A stretch of 64,000 nt of DNA from a virus (IMGVR_UViG_3300044652_000025:32001-96000), one strand, 5' to 3'. Shown: positions 1 through 9,565, counted from the stretch's first letter. The notes: generated from the sequence alone by a model not told the origin. A program made the numbers and translations.

Positions 1-321
1 CTGGCGGTAGATGTACCAGGTGACCTCGCCCTCCTCGCCCGTCTTGTAGTACCGGGCGGCCCGCAGGTAGAGGTCGTAGCCACCCAGGAAGCGCCCCTCC
101 TTGTCGAACTCGGCGGCGTAGCCGACGTGGGAGCCGTGGTAGCTGTAGCGGTTCGCGCTGGCGACGTAGGAGTGGTAGAGGTTGGCCACCTCGTCGATGT
201 CGATCACGCTGGCGACGACGTCGGTGCTGTAGCGGTAGCCGTCGGTGCCTTCGGCATAGGTCCAGCCGGTGGTGGCGGGGGCCATGGCCAGAGCGAACTT
301 CTCCAGGGACGTCTGCTTCAT
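1..321 (-). CDS. hypothetical phage protein (partial, runs off window start)
   Basis: Open frame from ATG at 321 (MKQTSLEKFALAM...) to position 1; ATGA overlap with upstream gene; GGGAG RBS. Confidence 0.75.
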   Translation of the reverse strand, partial: MKQTSLEKFALAMAPATTGWTYAEGTDGYRYSTDVVASVIDIDEVANLYHSYVASANRYSYHGSHVGYAAEFDKEGRFLGGYDLYLRAARYYKTGEEGEVTWYIYRQ

Positions 322-506
322 GATGGGCTCCCTGTAGTCGGGGCGGTGAGGGCCAGGAGGGCCTTCTCGACCTCGTCGGCGATGTAGCCCTTCGAGGCGT
401 TGTTGAGGTAGCTCTTGTGGCCGGTGGAGTCGGCACTCAGTTCGTCGCCGTCCAACTCGAAGGTGACCGAGTGGCCGCCGTAGGCCACCGTGACGGTGGC
501 GTTCAT
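318..506 (-). CDS. hypothetical protein, 62 aa
   Basis: ORF track; overlap coupling with neighbours; GC3-rich codons. Confidence 0.7.
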   Translation of the reverse strand: MNATVTVAYGGHSVTFELDGDELSADSTGHKSYLNNASKGYIADEVEKALLALTAPTTGSPS

Positions 507-649
507 ATGGCCCGCACCCGCTTCACGGTGGCGCCGGGGTGGCAGAGAGCGGCCCAGCGCTTGATGTCGCCGTAGGAGCCGGTCACCCCGGCGATCTCCA
601 GGAGGCGGTAGCGCTTGGTCTTGCCGATCGGGACGGCAGTGAAGGTCAT
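503..649 (-). CDS. small hypothetical protein, 48 aa (MTFTAVPIGKTKRY...)
   Basis: Read manually; fills the gap exactly with overlaps at both ends. Confidence 0.65.
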   Translation of the reverse strand: MTFTAVPIGKTKRYRLLEIAGVTGSYGDIKRWAALCHPGATVKRVRAI

Positions 650-951
650 CAGGCAGCCTCCACCTTGCCGGGGTCCACGACAGCGTTGATCTTGAAGCCG
701 CCGTTGGCGTAGGTGGCCACCAGGACCACCAGGTAGTCGTCGTGGATCTCGGTCAGCGTCCCGTAGACCCGGACGGCGAGCTTCTCCTTGCGGGTGGCCT
801 TGACGATCGCCCCGCCTTCGGTGGTGAAGGTGACCCAGGCCCCGCCGGTGCGGACACCGGTGACCTTGCCGCCGTCGACCAGTTCATCGCCGACCTTGAT
901 CTCCTTGGCGGCGGTCTTGGTGACGTAGCTGACCTTGGCGCCGATGTCCAT
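649..951 (-). CDS. hypothetical protein, 100 aa, beta-rich
   Basis: ORF track; TGATG coupling. Confidence 0.75.
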   Translation of the reverse strand: MDIGAKVSYVTKTAAKEIKVGDELVDGGKVTGVRTGGAWVTFTTEGGAIVKATRKEKLAVRVYGTLTEIHDDYLVVLVATYANGGFKINAVVDPGKVEAA

Positions 952-1148
952 CAGTTCACCCGCACCTTCGCCAGCACGGCGGCCATGGCAGCCTCGATCT
1001 CGGCGTCGGTCCCACCGGCCAGGGCGACGACCTCACCGGCCTTGTGGATGGGGATGAGGTCGAAGATGTCGACGACGACACCGTTGCCGACCTTGCCGTA
1101 GGCCGCGTTCAGCTTGGCGGCGAGGGCCTTCTTGCTCAGCTTGGCCAC
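951..1148 (-). CDS. hypothetical protein, 65 aa
   Basis: GTG start after AGGAAAGGAG RBS, downstream of promoter-like motif. Confidence 0.7.
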   Translation of the reverse strand: MAKLSKKALAAKLNAAYGKVGNGVVVDIFDLIPIHKAGEVVALAGGTDAEIEAAMAAVLAKVRVN

Positions 1149-1232
1149 TGCTCTCCTTTCCTGGAGGGGGACCATCCCGCTCCAACTACAGTCTACCCGC
1201 TCTACAAGGATTTTACACATCTTATAAGCAGC

Positions 1233-1733
1233 CTACAGCCCCGCCTTGTCGAGGAGGTCCTCCATGTCGGCGACGTCGAGGTGGTAGCCGCCGCTGGTGG
1301 CGTCGACCTTGAACCCACCGGCCAGGAGACGGCTCTGGATGGCGTGGATCCGGTCGGCGCGCTCCTTGCGCTGGCGGGCGACCTCGGCCTCGGCGGCCTG
1401 GCGGCGGGCCTCGGCCTCGGGGGTGGCCCAGCACTTGGCCTTCGGGCTCACGCCGTAGCCGCCGCGGTTGCGGACCTCCAGGACCAGCCCCTCGGCCTTG
1501 AGGGCCTCCAGCTGGCGCCGGACGGCTCCGGCGGCGATGGGGGAGTTCCGCTCGTAGACCTCGTTGGTGTAGGACAGCCCGACGAGACTGGCGACCTCCT
1601 GCTCCACCCGGCCGGTGTCGGGGGCCTTCAGGGCGTAGAGCAACTCGCCGTTGTACTTGGTGCGGTACTCCTCGGCGGCCCGGAGGGCCTTGAGGACCTC
1701 GTCCTTGGAGGGGCTGTAGCGCTTGGTCGTCAT
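1233..1733 (-). CDS. hypothetical protein, possible winged-helix DNA-binding protein
   Basis: VRRQLEALKAEGLV...GGYG resembles a wHTH wing. Confidence 0.6.
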   Translation of the reverse strand: MTTKRYSPSKDEVLKALRAAEEYRTKYNGELLYALKAPDTGRVEQEVASLVGLSYTNEVYERNSPIAAGAVRRQLEALKAEGLVLEVRNRGGYGVSPKAKCWATPEAEARRQAAEAEVARQRKERADRIHAIQSRLLAGGFKVDATSGGYHLDVADMEDLLDKAGL

Positions 1734-1736
1734 CGA

Positions 1737-2009
1737 TCAATGACCTCCGGAGGTGGCGTAGGGGTCCCAGTTGGTGCCGTCGGCGGCGACGAGGCGGACG
1801 CAGGTCCCCAGGCCGTGGATGGGGTTCGGGGCGCCGCCGAAGAAGTACTTGGGCTCGCCGTTGTCGACGCTGGTGTCCCAGACGCTCCAGTCCTCCTGCG
1901 CCCAGGAGGCCCGGGACTGGCTGGCGGCGAAGGCGATGGCGGACTCCAGCTTGGCGAAGGACCGGCGTCCCCCGCCGAGCTTGGCGACGCGGTACGGGAG
2001 CTTGGCCAT
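1737..2009 (-). CDS. hypothetical protein, 90 aa (MAKLPYRV...)
   Basis: C-terminal part of ORF 1737..2543; TGATG coupling at 2009. Confidence 0.7.
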   Translation of the reverse strand: MAKLPYRVAKLGGGRRSFAKLESAIAFAASQSRASWAQEDWSVWDTSVDNGEPKYFFGGAPNPIHGLGTCVRLVAADGTNWDPYATSGGH

Positions 2010-2404
2010 CAGTGACCCCACCCGTAGGCGGTCTCGTACTTGGGGGCGCCGCTCCAGCGGTGGGCGTTGGCGTAGCTCGCCACCTTGAAGTAGCTGTCCT
2101 TGGCCGGGTCGAAGTCGGCCCGCCACGAGGAGGCCTTGATCGTCTTGGTCATGACCTCGCCGAACTCGCGGGTCTTGTCGGGGCGGACGTAGTCGGTGCC
2201 CGACCCCATCTCGTCGCGGATCTTGCCGATCATCACGACCTTGACCCGGGAGGCCGTCTTGGCGACGACCTTGTAGAAGTCGACGTTGGTCTGGTCGTAG
2301 CCCCAGGAGGAGACGAAGACGTCGCCGACCTTGGTCGCCTCGAAGGCGGCCTTGTCGTTGGCGGCCCTGGCGGCCTTCACCTCGTCCCTTGTCATGTAGG
2401 TCAT
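2009..2404 (-). CDS. conserved phage hypothetical protein (SWGYDQTNVDFY motif)
   Basis: ORF track; GGAAAGGGA RBS; motif familiar from phage proteins. Confidence 0.8.
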   Translation of the reverse strand: MTYMTRDEVKAARAANDKAAFEATKVGDVFVSSWGYDQTNVDFYKVVAKTASRVKVVMIGKIRDEMGSGTDYVRPDKTREFGEVMTKTIKASSWRADFDPAKDSYFKVASYANAHRWSGAPKYETAYGWGH

Positions 2405-2442
2405 GCATCCCTTTCCGGTGGGGGACTCTCCCGCACCCAGTG

Positions 2443-2471
2443 ATCTTATACCCTCTAGGGATTCCTGTCAA
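2443..2471 (-). promoter_or_regulatory. sigma70/SigA-type early promoter TTGACA-N17-TAAGAT
   Basis: Near-consensus hexamers with 17-nt spacer ending CCCTAGAGGGTA; member of a repeated family. Confidence 0.85.
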
Positions 2472-2611
2472 ACCTGTGCTTGCCTGACCGCTTGTAGACC
2501 TTGCCCGAGGGGATCGTCCGCGAGCGCGTCGCCCGGTAGGCATCGATCAGGGCGCCGTCGGCCTTGAGGGCGGCGCGGCGCCCGGCGCGGATCGCCTTGA
2601 TGTCGGCCTTG

Positions 2612-2818
2612 CTAGGCATCGGCCGGGGCGAACATGGTCACGGCCTGGGCAGCCAGATCGAGGGCGGCCTCCAGGGTGTCGGCCTTGAAGAGGGGCCAGG
2701 GGTCACCAGTCACCGGGATAGCAGCCCAAGTGCCGTCCTCCAGGCGACCGATGTTCACGTTGGCGACCCGATAGGTGTCGGCGTCCAGCCGGGTGATGGT
2801 GATCGGCAGTAAGGCCAT
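2612..2818 (-). CDS. hypothetical protein, 68 aa
   Basis: ORF track; CCGACTACAGGAGG leader/RBS. Confidence 0.75.
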   Translation of the reverse strand: MALLPITITRLDADTYRVANVNIGRLEDGTWAAIPVTGDPWPLFKADTLEAALDLAAQAVTMFAPADA

Positions 2819-2866
2819 GGATCCTCCTGTAGTCGGAGCGGATGCCGGGGCGATCTCCCGACACTG

Positions 2867-2895
2867 ATGTTATACCCTCTAGGGTTCCTTGTAAA
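2867..2895 (-). promoter_or_regulatory. early promoter TTTACA-N17-TAACAT
   Basis: Same spacer family (AGGAACCCTAGAGGGTA). Confidence 0.8.
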
Positions 2896-2918
2896 CCTCA
2901 GTCCTCACTTGGCTCCGC

Positions 2919-3281
2919 TTACGCGTCGACCTCGACGTCGTCATGCCCGCACTTGGCGCAGGTCCGGTGGATCTCGGACCAGGCGTGCTGGACCTCGTCG
3001 TGGGGTTCGTGGGGACCGACGTCGAGCCCGCAGTCGGAGTAGTGGACGTCGTAGGTCTTGCCCCGGTACTCCTCGCCCAGGATGGCGATGAGCCCCTCGG
3101 AGTACTCCTCGGGGCTGGTGTGGTCGACCCCGTCGCAGTGGAGGACGTCCTCCTTGTTCTCGACCAGGGTCGGCTTGAGGGGCAGGAAGGCCCCGCAGTG
3201 GCCGCACTTGGGATGGGGCGGCGGCTCCCAGTCCAGGGAGCGGTCGGTGGTGAGCCAGGCATCGAAGCCTCGCAGCGACAT
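2919..3281 (-). CDS. Zn-binding hypothetical protein
   Basis: CGHC and CAKC pairs; GAGGAG RBS. Confidence 0.7.
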   Translation of the reverse strand: MSLRGFDAWLTTDRSLDWEPPPHPKCGHCGAFLPLKPTLVENKEDVLHCDGVDHTSPEEYSEGLIAILGEEYRGKTYDVHYSDCGLDVGPHEPHDEVQHAWSEIHRTCAKCGHDDVEVDA

Positions 3282-3460
3282 CGAAAATCTCCTCAGTGAG
3301 TAAGCCAACCGGAGGTCCGGCGGTAGGGCTCGGGGTCACGTCCCATGCGGACGTCCATCTTGGAGGCCGCCCGGTACGCCTGGTAGTGGGGGTGGCGGAA
3401 CGCCTTCTTCTCCTTGCGGAACCAGGCGGGCGGGTCCGCCTTGTAGGTACGGGCCATGCG

Positions 3461-3685
3461 TTACGCCTCCTTCTTTGCCAGCCAGCGACGGGCCTCTCCG
3501 AGGCTCCTAAAGTCGTGCCAGGCGATGACTGCGCCGTTGGGGTCGGTGACGCTCATCTCCCAGCCAGGAGCGGCGGCGTAGCCGTCGAAGTCATCATCCC
3601 GACTGAGGTGGTAGAGGGTGCCGTCCGTCGCCGTGAAGGTGTAGGCACCGTGCCCGGCCCGCTTCAGCTTGATCACTTGGCCCAC
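3461..3685 (-). CDS. hypothetical protein, 74 aa
   Basis: ORF track; phage-like composition. Confidence 0.65.
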   Translation of the reverse strand: MGQVIKLKRAGHGAYTFTATDGTLYHLSRDDDFDGYAAAPGWEMSVTDPNGAVIAWHDFRSLGEARRWLAKKEA

Positions 3686-3830
3686 CGCCGCTTGCGACCG
3701 GTGCAGCGGGCCGGGGCGCCGTGGGCGTCCTTGCAGTGGGAGTGGTAGCGGCGCTTGGCCGGGCGGCCGGAGCGGGTCATCGACTCGAACACCGGACTCC
3801 TTCCTGAGGAGGCCCTTCCTCCCTCCACCT

Positions 3831-3859
3831 TATTCATACCCTCACAAGAATTCTTGAAA
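3831..3859 (-). promoter_or_regulatory. early promoter family member TTTCAA-N17-TGAATA
   Basis: Spacer GAATTCTTGTGAGGGTA. Confidence 0.65.
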
Positions 3860-3860
3860 C

Positions 3861-4106
3861 CTACTCGGCACCTGCTCCCAGCAGCATGCGGCGGATGGAG
3901 GCGGCGGCCTCTTCGGCCGTGAAGGCGTAGGTGGTCAGGGCGTGGGCCAGGATGCCGTCCTCGGCCGCCTCGGCCTTCCAGGGGGCGTAGAAGCCCCGGC
4001 CATCCGGCGGGGTGTCGTTGTGCTTGAAGACCCGGATCTTGTAGTTGGCCTCCGGGTACTCCTCGCCGTCGTACTCACCGGCCGGGATCGTGACCTCGAA
4101 CTCCAT
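3861..4106 (-). CDS. hypothetical protein, 81 aa
   Basis: ORF track; CCGACTACAGGAG leader. Confidence 0.75.
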   Translation of the reverse strand: MEFEVTIPAGEYDGEEYPEANYKIRVFKHNDTPPDGRGFYAPWKAEAAEDGILAHALTTYAFTAEEAAASIRRMLLGAGAE

Positions 4107-4417
4107 GCGCTCTCCTGTAGTCGGAGTTTGGATGGGCGGCGCCGCTCAGTCGACAGCCGCCCGTCCCCTAGTCAGCCTTTCCGGTCGCTTCCCCCCAGAG
4201 CGTCACCGAGGTGACGAGTACGGGCTGGCAGTTAGTCCGGCGTGACCGTGCAGAGCGGGGAGCCGGGAGGAGGAGTTTCCTGCTCCCCCCGACACTCATA
4301 GATTACCCGCTACAAGAATTCTAACGCACCGATTACTCGGTCATATCGGGGCAGATCTACTGCCTCATCGAAAAATGATGGGTGGCCGAGACGAGGCCCG
4401 GCCACCCTGGTGCGACC

Positions 4418-4543
4418 TCAGCCCTGCGGCTGCGGCTGCGGCTGGTTGGGGTCCGGCTGGTTCGGCTGAGGCTGGTTCGGGTCCGGCTGCTGGGGCTGGT
4501 TCGGGTCAGGCTGGTTCGGCTGGTTCGGCTGCTGGGTGGCCAT
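4418..4543 (-). CDS. 41-aa Q/P/N low-complexity peptide
   Basis: ATG at 4543 with CAGGAGG RBS; QPNQP/DPNQP repeats. Confidence 0.55.
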   Translation of the reverse strand: MATQQPNQPNQPDPNQPQQPDPNQPQPNQPDPNQPQPQPQG

Positions 4544-4616
4544 ATATGCCTCCTGATCGGGGTTTCGCTCCAGGATTCCCCAGCTGACGCCAGTCATCAC
4601 TCCAAGTGATCGCCCG

Positions 4617-4742
4617 TCAATAGCAGTGGCAGTGCGAGGTGATGCTCTCGCTCCGGCACCACATGCAGTTTCCCCGGCCCGCCGGGTAGTAGTACCGCTT
4701 GCAGAACCCACACCAGACCTGTCCGTCCTTCTTCTTGGCCAT
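4617..4742 (-). CDS. 41-aa Cys-rich (Zn-ribbon-like) peptide
   Basis: MAKKKDGQVWCGFCK...CMWC...CHCY; starts 3 nt after thyX stop. Confidence 0.5.
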   Translation of the reverse strand: MAKKKDGQVWCGFCKRYYYPAGRGNCMWCRSESITSHCHCY

Positions 4743-4745
4743 GGC

Positions 4746-5552
4746 TCACACCTTCTTATAGTCGGGAGACCAAACCCCGTCTTCACTGCGCTTGAAATCG
4801 ACCATGAGGGCTGGGGCTTCCTCGGTCATGATGTGGGCCACCTTGTCGAAGACGAGGCGGATCTCCTCCTCGGCCCCGGCGTCGGTGCGCTGCTGGATGA
4901 TCCAGCGGATGGCCCGGATGTTAAAGGTAGCCAGGATCGAGGTTGCGACACCGTCGGGGGCGAAGCGCCGCATGAAGCTGGTCTTGGCCTTCTTCTCGTG
5001 GAAGGGTACCCCAGGCTCGTCGAGGCCGAAGTGCCCGGCCATCCACTGCTGGTGGTCCTCCATCAGCCGCAGGAGGTGTTCGGAGCGGCTCACCAGCTGC
5101 TCATCCTCCAGCGCCCAGTCCGGGAACCAGAAGGGGATGTCGGTAAGGCGCACGAATCTCATTGACTCTTGCGAATACGCGCAGCCCGCTCTATGACGAA
5201 TCAACTCATGCGTTAGAACTCTGGACACATCCTGGAACACGAAGCTGTAGTTGGCGTGCTCCACCACACTGCCGTGGAGGGACCGCAGGATGTTCTCCAG
5301 GTAGTCGTCGTGGTCCTCCCGGACCTTGGTGACGTTGGGGTTGAGGCCGGGCTCCCAGGAGCGGTAGCAGAGCCGTCCCCCAAACTCGGTGAGGTACTCC
5401 CCCGCCCGCCCGTCGATGTCGTGGTCGTCGCCATAGGCCCGGAGCCGGTCCATCCAGGCGTTGCCCCGGATGTCGGTCAGGTACTGGTCCACCGCCACCC
5501 AGTCGATCTGGGGCTTGGCGATGAGCCGGACCTTGGGGTGGACGCGCTTCAT
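4746..5552 (-). CDS. thyX: FAD-dependent thymidylate synthase ThyX
   Basis: HGSVVEH, THELIRHR-x-SQESMRF ThyX motif, AEEEIR; start at ATGA overlap 5552. Confidence 0.95.
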   Translation of the reverse strand: MKRVHPKVRLIAKPQIDWVAVDQYLTDIRGNAWMDRLRAYGDDHDIDGRAGEYLTEFGGRLCYRSWEPGLNPNVTKVREDHDDYLENILRSLHGSVVEHANYSFVFQDVSRVLTHELIRHRAGCAYSQESMRFVRLTDIPFWFPDWALEDEQLVSRSEHLLRLMEDHQQWMAGHFGLDEPGVPFHEKKAKTSFMRRFAPDGVATSILATFNIRAIRWIIQQRTDAGAEEEIRLVFDKVAHIMTEEAPALMVDFKRSEDGVWSPDYKKV

Positions 5553-5815
5553 TCGATCGGCTCCAAGTAGTCGCAACGGTCGAGGCTGCGGCGGGCGCCG
5601 CGCCGGGTGATCCCGAACCCGCAGCGGGTCATCTGGGGGCCGAGACTGGTGATCTTCCACTCGGTGACGTCCCACCGGAAGAGCGGCGCGATCGGGCTCT
5701 GGCCGCGGCGCTCGATGATGAACGACGACCCGGCCGGACGCTTCAGGGCCTGGCGGTACGCCTCGTCATAGGGCGGCTGGACCAGATCGCCCCGGATCCT
5801 GACGACCGCTGTCAC
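5549..5815 (-). CDS. hypothetical protein, 88 aa
   Basis: ORF track; 4-bp overlaps on both sides. Confidence 0.65.
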   Translation of the reverse strand: MTAVVRIRGDLVQPPYDEAYRQALKRPAGSSFIIERRGQSPIAPLFRWDVTEWKITSLGPQMTRCGFGITRRGARRSLDRCDYLEPIE

Positions 5816-6084
5816 TCCACCGCCTCGTAGGTGGCCTCGAAGACATCAGGCTTGCAGGGATACACCTCATCGGCCACTCCCCGGATGATCCAGTCGCCGA
5901 CCTCGGCGTGCATGGTCCCCTCCAGCGTGCGGATGTAGAGGTCGCCCGGGACCTGCCCGAATGACTGGCTGTCGGCGATGTAGCCGCCCCGGGTGCCGTC
6001 GAAGAGTCGCCAGACCTCCTGGCGGTTCTCGCCGGTCCACTGCACGGCCTCGATGACGACCGGCTTCTTGCGGTAGCGGCTCAT
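5812..6084 (-). CDS. conserved phage protein (YRKKPVVIEAVQ / TLEG / YPCKPDVF family)
   Basis: Widely seen phage hypothetical motif set. Confidence 0.85.
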   Translation of the reverse strand: MSRYRKKPVVIEAVQWTGENRQEVWRLFDGTRGGYIADSQSFGQVPGDLYIRTLEGTMHAEVGDWIIRGVADEVYPCKPDVFEATYEAVE

Positions 6085-6569
6085 GATCCATCACCGTCAG
6101 GGTGTGCGGCCTCTGGTCCTTGCCACATGCCGCAGGAGCCGCAGCGGTAGCCGTTCAGGGTCGAGCGTTCCCACTTGTCCGTCGCGCCGCATCTCGGGCA
6201 GGTGATGACCGGTTGCTTGGCCTCGGGGATGTACCAGTCAGCCTTCTCGGCCATGCTCTCTCCCGTCGGTTAGTGCGGGGTCGAAGACGACGTAGTTCCC
6301 ATCCGCCAAGCGGTCCACGACCCTGAACGGGTGGCGAATCTGCACGTCACCACGGCGTTCGATCCAGCCCGCCTCGTACTGGAGCGGCGTGAGGATGAGG
6401 TAGCGGGGTCGCACGTACTCGGCGTCCTGGCGCTCAGTCGGACTCATCCCAGCCCTCCTTGAACAGCTCTCGGGCTTCCTCGCCGCAGAGTCGGCAGACC
6501 GCACCCTCGGCCAGCGACGGGAGCCCCTGCTCGGCGCAGTTCGGGCACACAAACTCGGCGGGGAGTCGC

Positions 6570-6785
6570 TCAGAATCCACGGTCGATCTCCCTGGTCCCG
6601 GCCAAGCGCCGCACCACGGCGATGGCCTCCTCCCACGCCTGCTTCGGGGTGATCGGGAGGGCACCGACAGGCAGGCCGACAGCCTCCCGAAGCTGGGTGA
6701 TGAAGAAGAACTTGTCGGGCTCGTCGGTGTGACCGGGGGAGCGACCGGCGGCGACATCATCGGCGGTCGGTCGCTGCTCACTCAC
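6570..6785 (-). CDS. hypothetical protein
   Basis: ORF track, GTG start overlapping upstream gene end. Confidence 0.55.
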   Translation of the reverse strand: MSEQRPTADDVAAGRSPGHTDEPDKFFFITQLREAVGLPVGALPITPKQAWEEAIAVVRRLAGTREIDRGF

Positions 6786-7017
6786 CAGGGAGCTTCCCAT
6801 CGCGCTCGATCAACACCTGGGCCAGGTACTGGACGGCATCGATCAGTTCCTCGAAGAGGTCCCGCATAGCGTCGCGGCCGTTGTAGGCCTGAAGCGGGGT
6901 GCCGTAGCGCTCGATACCGACCTGCTTGCGACGCTCGATGTAGGCGATGACCTGATCCTGCACCGGCTCGGAGTCGTTCGCCGTCGGGAGGGCCTGGTCG
7001 CCCGGCCGGATCTTCAA
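6778..7017 (-). CDS. small all-alpha protein, possible MazG-like nucleotide pyrophosphohydrolase fold
   Basis: GIERYGTPL...DLFEELIDAVQY (EExxD) motif. Confidence 0.5.
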   Translation of the reverse strand: MKIRPGDQALPTANDSEPVQDQVIAYIERRKQVGIERYGTPLQAYNGRDAMRDLFEELIDAVQYLAQVLIERDGKLPGE

Positions 7018-7340
7018 GTGCGCCTCCTCTTCAGGGCCTTTACCATGACATCCTCGGAGGCGAAAACGCTCTTCTTCGCCCGGCGCACCGCCTCGTCCTT
7101 GAAGTCACCGCGCTTGGTGCCGGGCATGGCGTAGTCCTCGGGCTGGGTGTAGGCGTGCTTGGTCTGCCAGCCCAGGAGAGTGTCGTCACGCTGCATCCGG
7201 CACCGGACACAGCGGACCCTACGCTTCATCACCTGGCCGTGGCTGTCCCGGCCGTAGAAGTAGCCCAGCGTCCTCCAGGCATGGCCGAGATCGCGGCACT
7301 CCAGGTACCGGTCGTCGTAGTCCTCCATGGGGACGGTCAT
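7014..7340 (-). CDS. Zn-binding hypothetical protein
   Basis: CRDLGHAW...CVRC. Confidence 0.7.
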   Translation of the reverse strand: MTVPMEDYDDRYLECRDLGHAWRTLGYFYGRDSHGQVMKRRVRCVRCRMQRDDTLLGWQTKHAYTQPEDYAMPGTKRGDFKDEAVRRAKKSVFASEDVMVKALKRRRT

Positions 7341-7753
7341 GAGGGGAACTCGATCAGCTTCTCGTCTTCGGCCGGGTTGGCGGCCTGCCAGTCGATGAAG
7401 TCGAGGAAGAGCTTGAACTCGGCCTGGAGGTCGGAGCGGACCCGACCGCGCCGGGCCAGATGCTGCTTGAGGGCCGCGCCCCCGAGGTCTTGCTCCTTGG
7501 CCAGTTCGCCCTCGACGATGGCCAGTGCCCAGCTGATGGCCTTGGCCTCGGACTTCCAGTAGCCGTAGCCGGTGGCGTCGGGATCGGCCTTCATCCGGCC
7601 TTCGAGGTAGGCCAAACGGTCCCGCAGGGCCTCGAAGTGCTTGTTGAACGGGACGTACTCCGGCGACGGATGCCGGAGGTGCTCATGCTCGCCTTTCGGC
7701 TTCTCAGGTATCGCAGTCATTTTTCGATCTTCCTTCTCCGCTGGAGCGTTCAT
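7337..7753 (-). CDS. hypothetical protein
   Basis: ATGA overlaps on both sides. Confidence 0.7.
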   Translation of the reverse strand: MNAPAEKEDRKMTAIPEKPKGEHEHLRHPSPEYVPFNKHFEALRDRLAYLEGRMKADPDATGYGYWKSEAKAISWALAIVEGELAKEQDLGGAALKQHLARRGRVRSDLQAEFKLFLDFIDWQAANPAEDEKLIEFPS

Positions 7754-8832
7754 CGGCCCAGCACGATCACGGTGTCCTTCTCGTCGGGATTGCCGCCACC
7801 CTTGACGAAGGCATCGATCCACTTCGGCTTGTGGCGGCCCTCGGAGGGATACCACTGGTTCCGGAGGTGACCCCGGACCCAGAAGCTGTGGCTGTAGCCG
7901 CGGCCCTCTCCGTCGCCTCTGGGGCGGTCCCAGGTGTCGTGGTCGTACTCCCGGCGGAGCATGACGACCTTGATGTCGTTGGCCGGGCCGTTGGCCCGCA
8001 TAGCCCGCTTGCGGACGACGCGGTCGAGCCCCATGGACGGGGTGATGACGATCTTCTGGTTGCAGAGGGTCCAGAAGGTGGCGACGATCCGCAGAAAGGA
8101 CTCCGAGCCCAGAAGGTGGGGGTCATCGGGGTCGGGGATCCGCTGATTGAGCATCCAGGTCTGGACGTGGAAGAGGGACAGCTTGTCGGGACTGGCCGAC
8201 TTGGCCTCCAGGACCGACGCGTCGTCCTCGCCCCAGCCCTCGTCGTTGGGGTCCCACTTGTCGGAGTAGACGAAGAACCGGACGGCCTTGGCCAGGGATG
8301 AGCCGTCCTCCCGGACGACGACCGGCGTCTGGATGACCGCGGCGTCCTCCTCTACGGCCCCCTCCCGCGGCTCGTAGTCCAGGGCGTAGGCCTGCTCGGC
8401 CTCAGCCTGGGAAATGGGCGCCGGTCGGGTGCCCTGCGCCGCCATGATCATCACCTCGGTCTCCCACGAGAACGCGGTGATGTTGCAGCGCTTGCCGTGC
8501 CGGTCGACGATGTAGATGGGGTGGGCCAGGAGGCAGAAGCCCCGGCGCGACGGGATGTCGCTGGCCCGGAGTTCGTAGCTCGGGAGCCGCTGACGTTGCT
8601 CGTCGATCATGTCGACCATGGTCGGGGTGACCCAGTAGGTGTCGGCCCGGTCGAGGTTGTAGGCCTCCCGGGCGGCGAACTGCTCCTTGGTACCCAGATC
8701 GAGCGACGGGCCGCCGTCGTCCTCACCCCTGAGCATGTCGACCCAGTAGGAGGCCAGCGCCGGGCCGTAGCGGCCCTTCCACAGGCGGATGAGATCCAGC
8801 TGGGCGTCGAGAGCCTTCATGTAGGAGCGCAT
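7750..8832 (-). CDS. conserved actinophage hypothetical protein, 360 aa
   Basis: C-terminal WVRGHLRNQWY...WIDAFVKG motif; TGATG start at 8832. Confidence 0.8.
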   Translation of the reverse strand: MRSYMKALDAQLDLIRLWKGRYGPALASYWVDMLRGEDDGGPSLDLGTKEQFAAREAYNLDRADTYWVTPTMVDMIDEQRQRLPSYELRASDIPSRRGFCLLAHPIYIVDRHGKRCNITAFSWETEVMIMAAQGTRPAPISQAEAEQAYALDYEPREGAVEEDAAVIQTPVVVREDGSSLAKAVRFFVYSDKWDPNDEGWGEDDASVLEAKSASPDKLSLFHVQTWMLNQRIPDPDDPHLLGSESFLRIVATFWTLCNQKIVITPSMGLDRVVRKRAMRANGPANDIKVVMLRREYDHDTWDRPRGDGEGRGYSHSFWVRGHLRNQWYPSEGRHKPKWIDAFVKGGGNPDEKDTVIVLGR

Positions 8833-9023
8833 CAGACCTCGCCCCGCCCGACGTGGTACTCCAGGTGCCGGAAGAGCCGCTCCTCCATCTTGTCGAGCTT
8901 GGCCTCCAGCTTCGTCTCGACGCGGTCGATCTTGGAGTCGAGCCGCAGGATCAGCGCGGCCAGGAAGCCGATGGCGGGGACCATGATCACCGCCACGGCT
9001 CCGACCTCGTGCCAGAAGTCCAT
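8832..9023 (-). CDS. small membrane protein with coiled coil
   Basis: One TM helix then heptad repeat. Confidence 0.7.
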   Translation of the reverse strand: MDFWHEVGAVAVIMVPAIGFLAALILRLDSKIDRVETKLEAKLDKMEERLFRHLEYHVGRGEV

Positions 9024-9352
9024 CAGCCCTGGGCCTCGTAGGCCATGAGGGCAGCGGCCATGCGGCGGGTGGCGGCCGGGGTGCTGTCACGCACGCCGCT
9101 CCAGTCGTAGCCCTGCGGCGGGATGGTGCCCGGCTCCCCGTAGCCGTCGGCCAGCGCGTAGATCAGCGCACGCTTGGCCTTGTCACCGGAGAAGTAGGCG
9201 TCGTAGAGCGCCTTCATGAGCGGCCGCGTCTCGCAGTAGCCGCAGCCTGCCACATCACCGTCGGCCGGGTCGTGGTTGAGGTGTGCCAGCAACTCGTCGC
9301 GGTCGAAGTCACTCGACGGCGGGGCGATGGTGATCTCCAGGGGTTCATTCAT
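9023..9352 (-). CDS. hypothetical protein
   Basis: ORF track; AGAGGAG RBS; first gene after promoter. Confidence 0.75.
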   Translation of the reverse strand: MNEPLEITIAPPSSDFDRDELLAHLNHDPADGDVAGCGYCETRPLMKALYDAYFSGDKAKRALIYALADGYGEPGTIPPQGYDWSGVRDSTPAATRRMAAALMAYEAQG

Positions 9353-9391
9353 CGAAGCGGCTCCTCTGGCGGTAGGAGGGGTTCGGACACT

Positions 9392-9421
9392 AGATTACTA
9401 CCCTCTAGGAAAGCTTGTCAA
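9392..9421 (-). promoter_or_regulatory. early promoter TTGACA-N18-TAATCT
   Basis: Spacer contains CCTAGAGGGTA. Confidence 0.8.
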
Positions 9422-9565
9422 ACCGTTCGGTTTCGATACGGTCCGCTATGCGACGGATCTCGTCGGCGTCGTCCTGTCGGCCCTCTTGTTCGAGAACCGT
9501 GGCCGCTGCCCGCAGGTGGGACAGCGCATAGCTGATCTTCACCTGCGGCGGCTTCGGGGTCGCCG

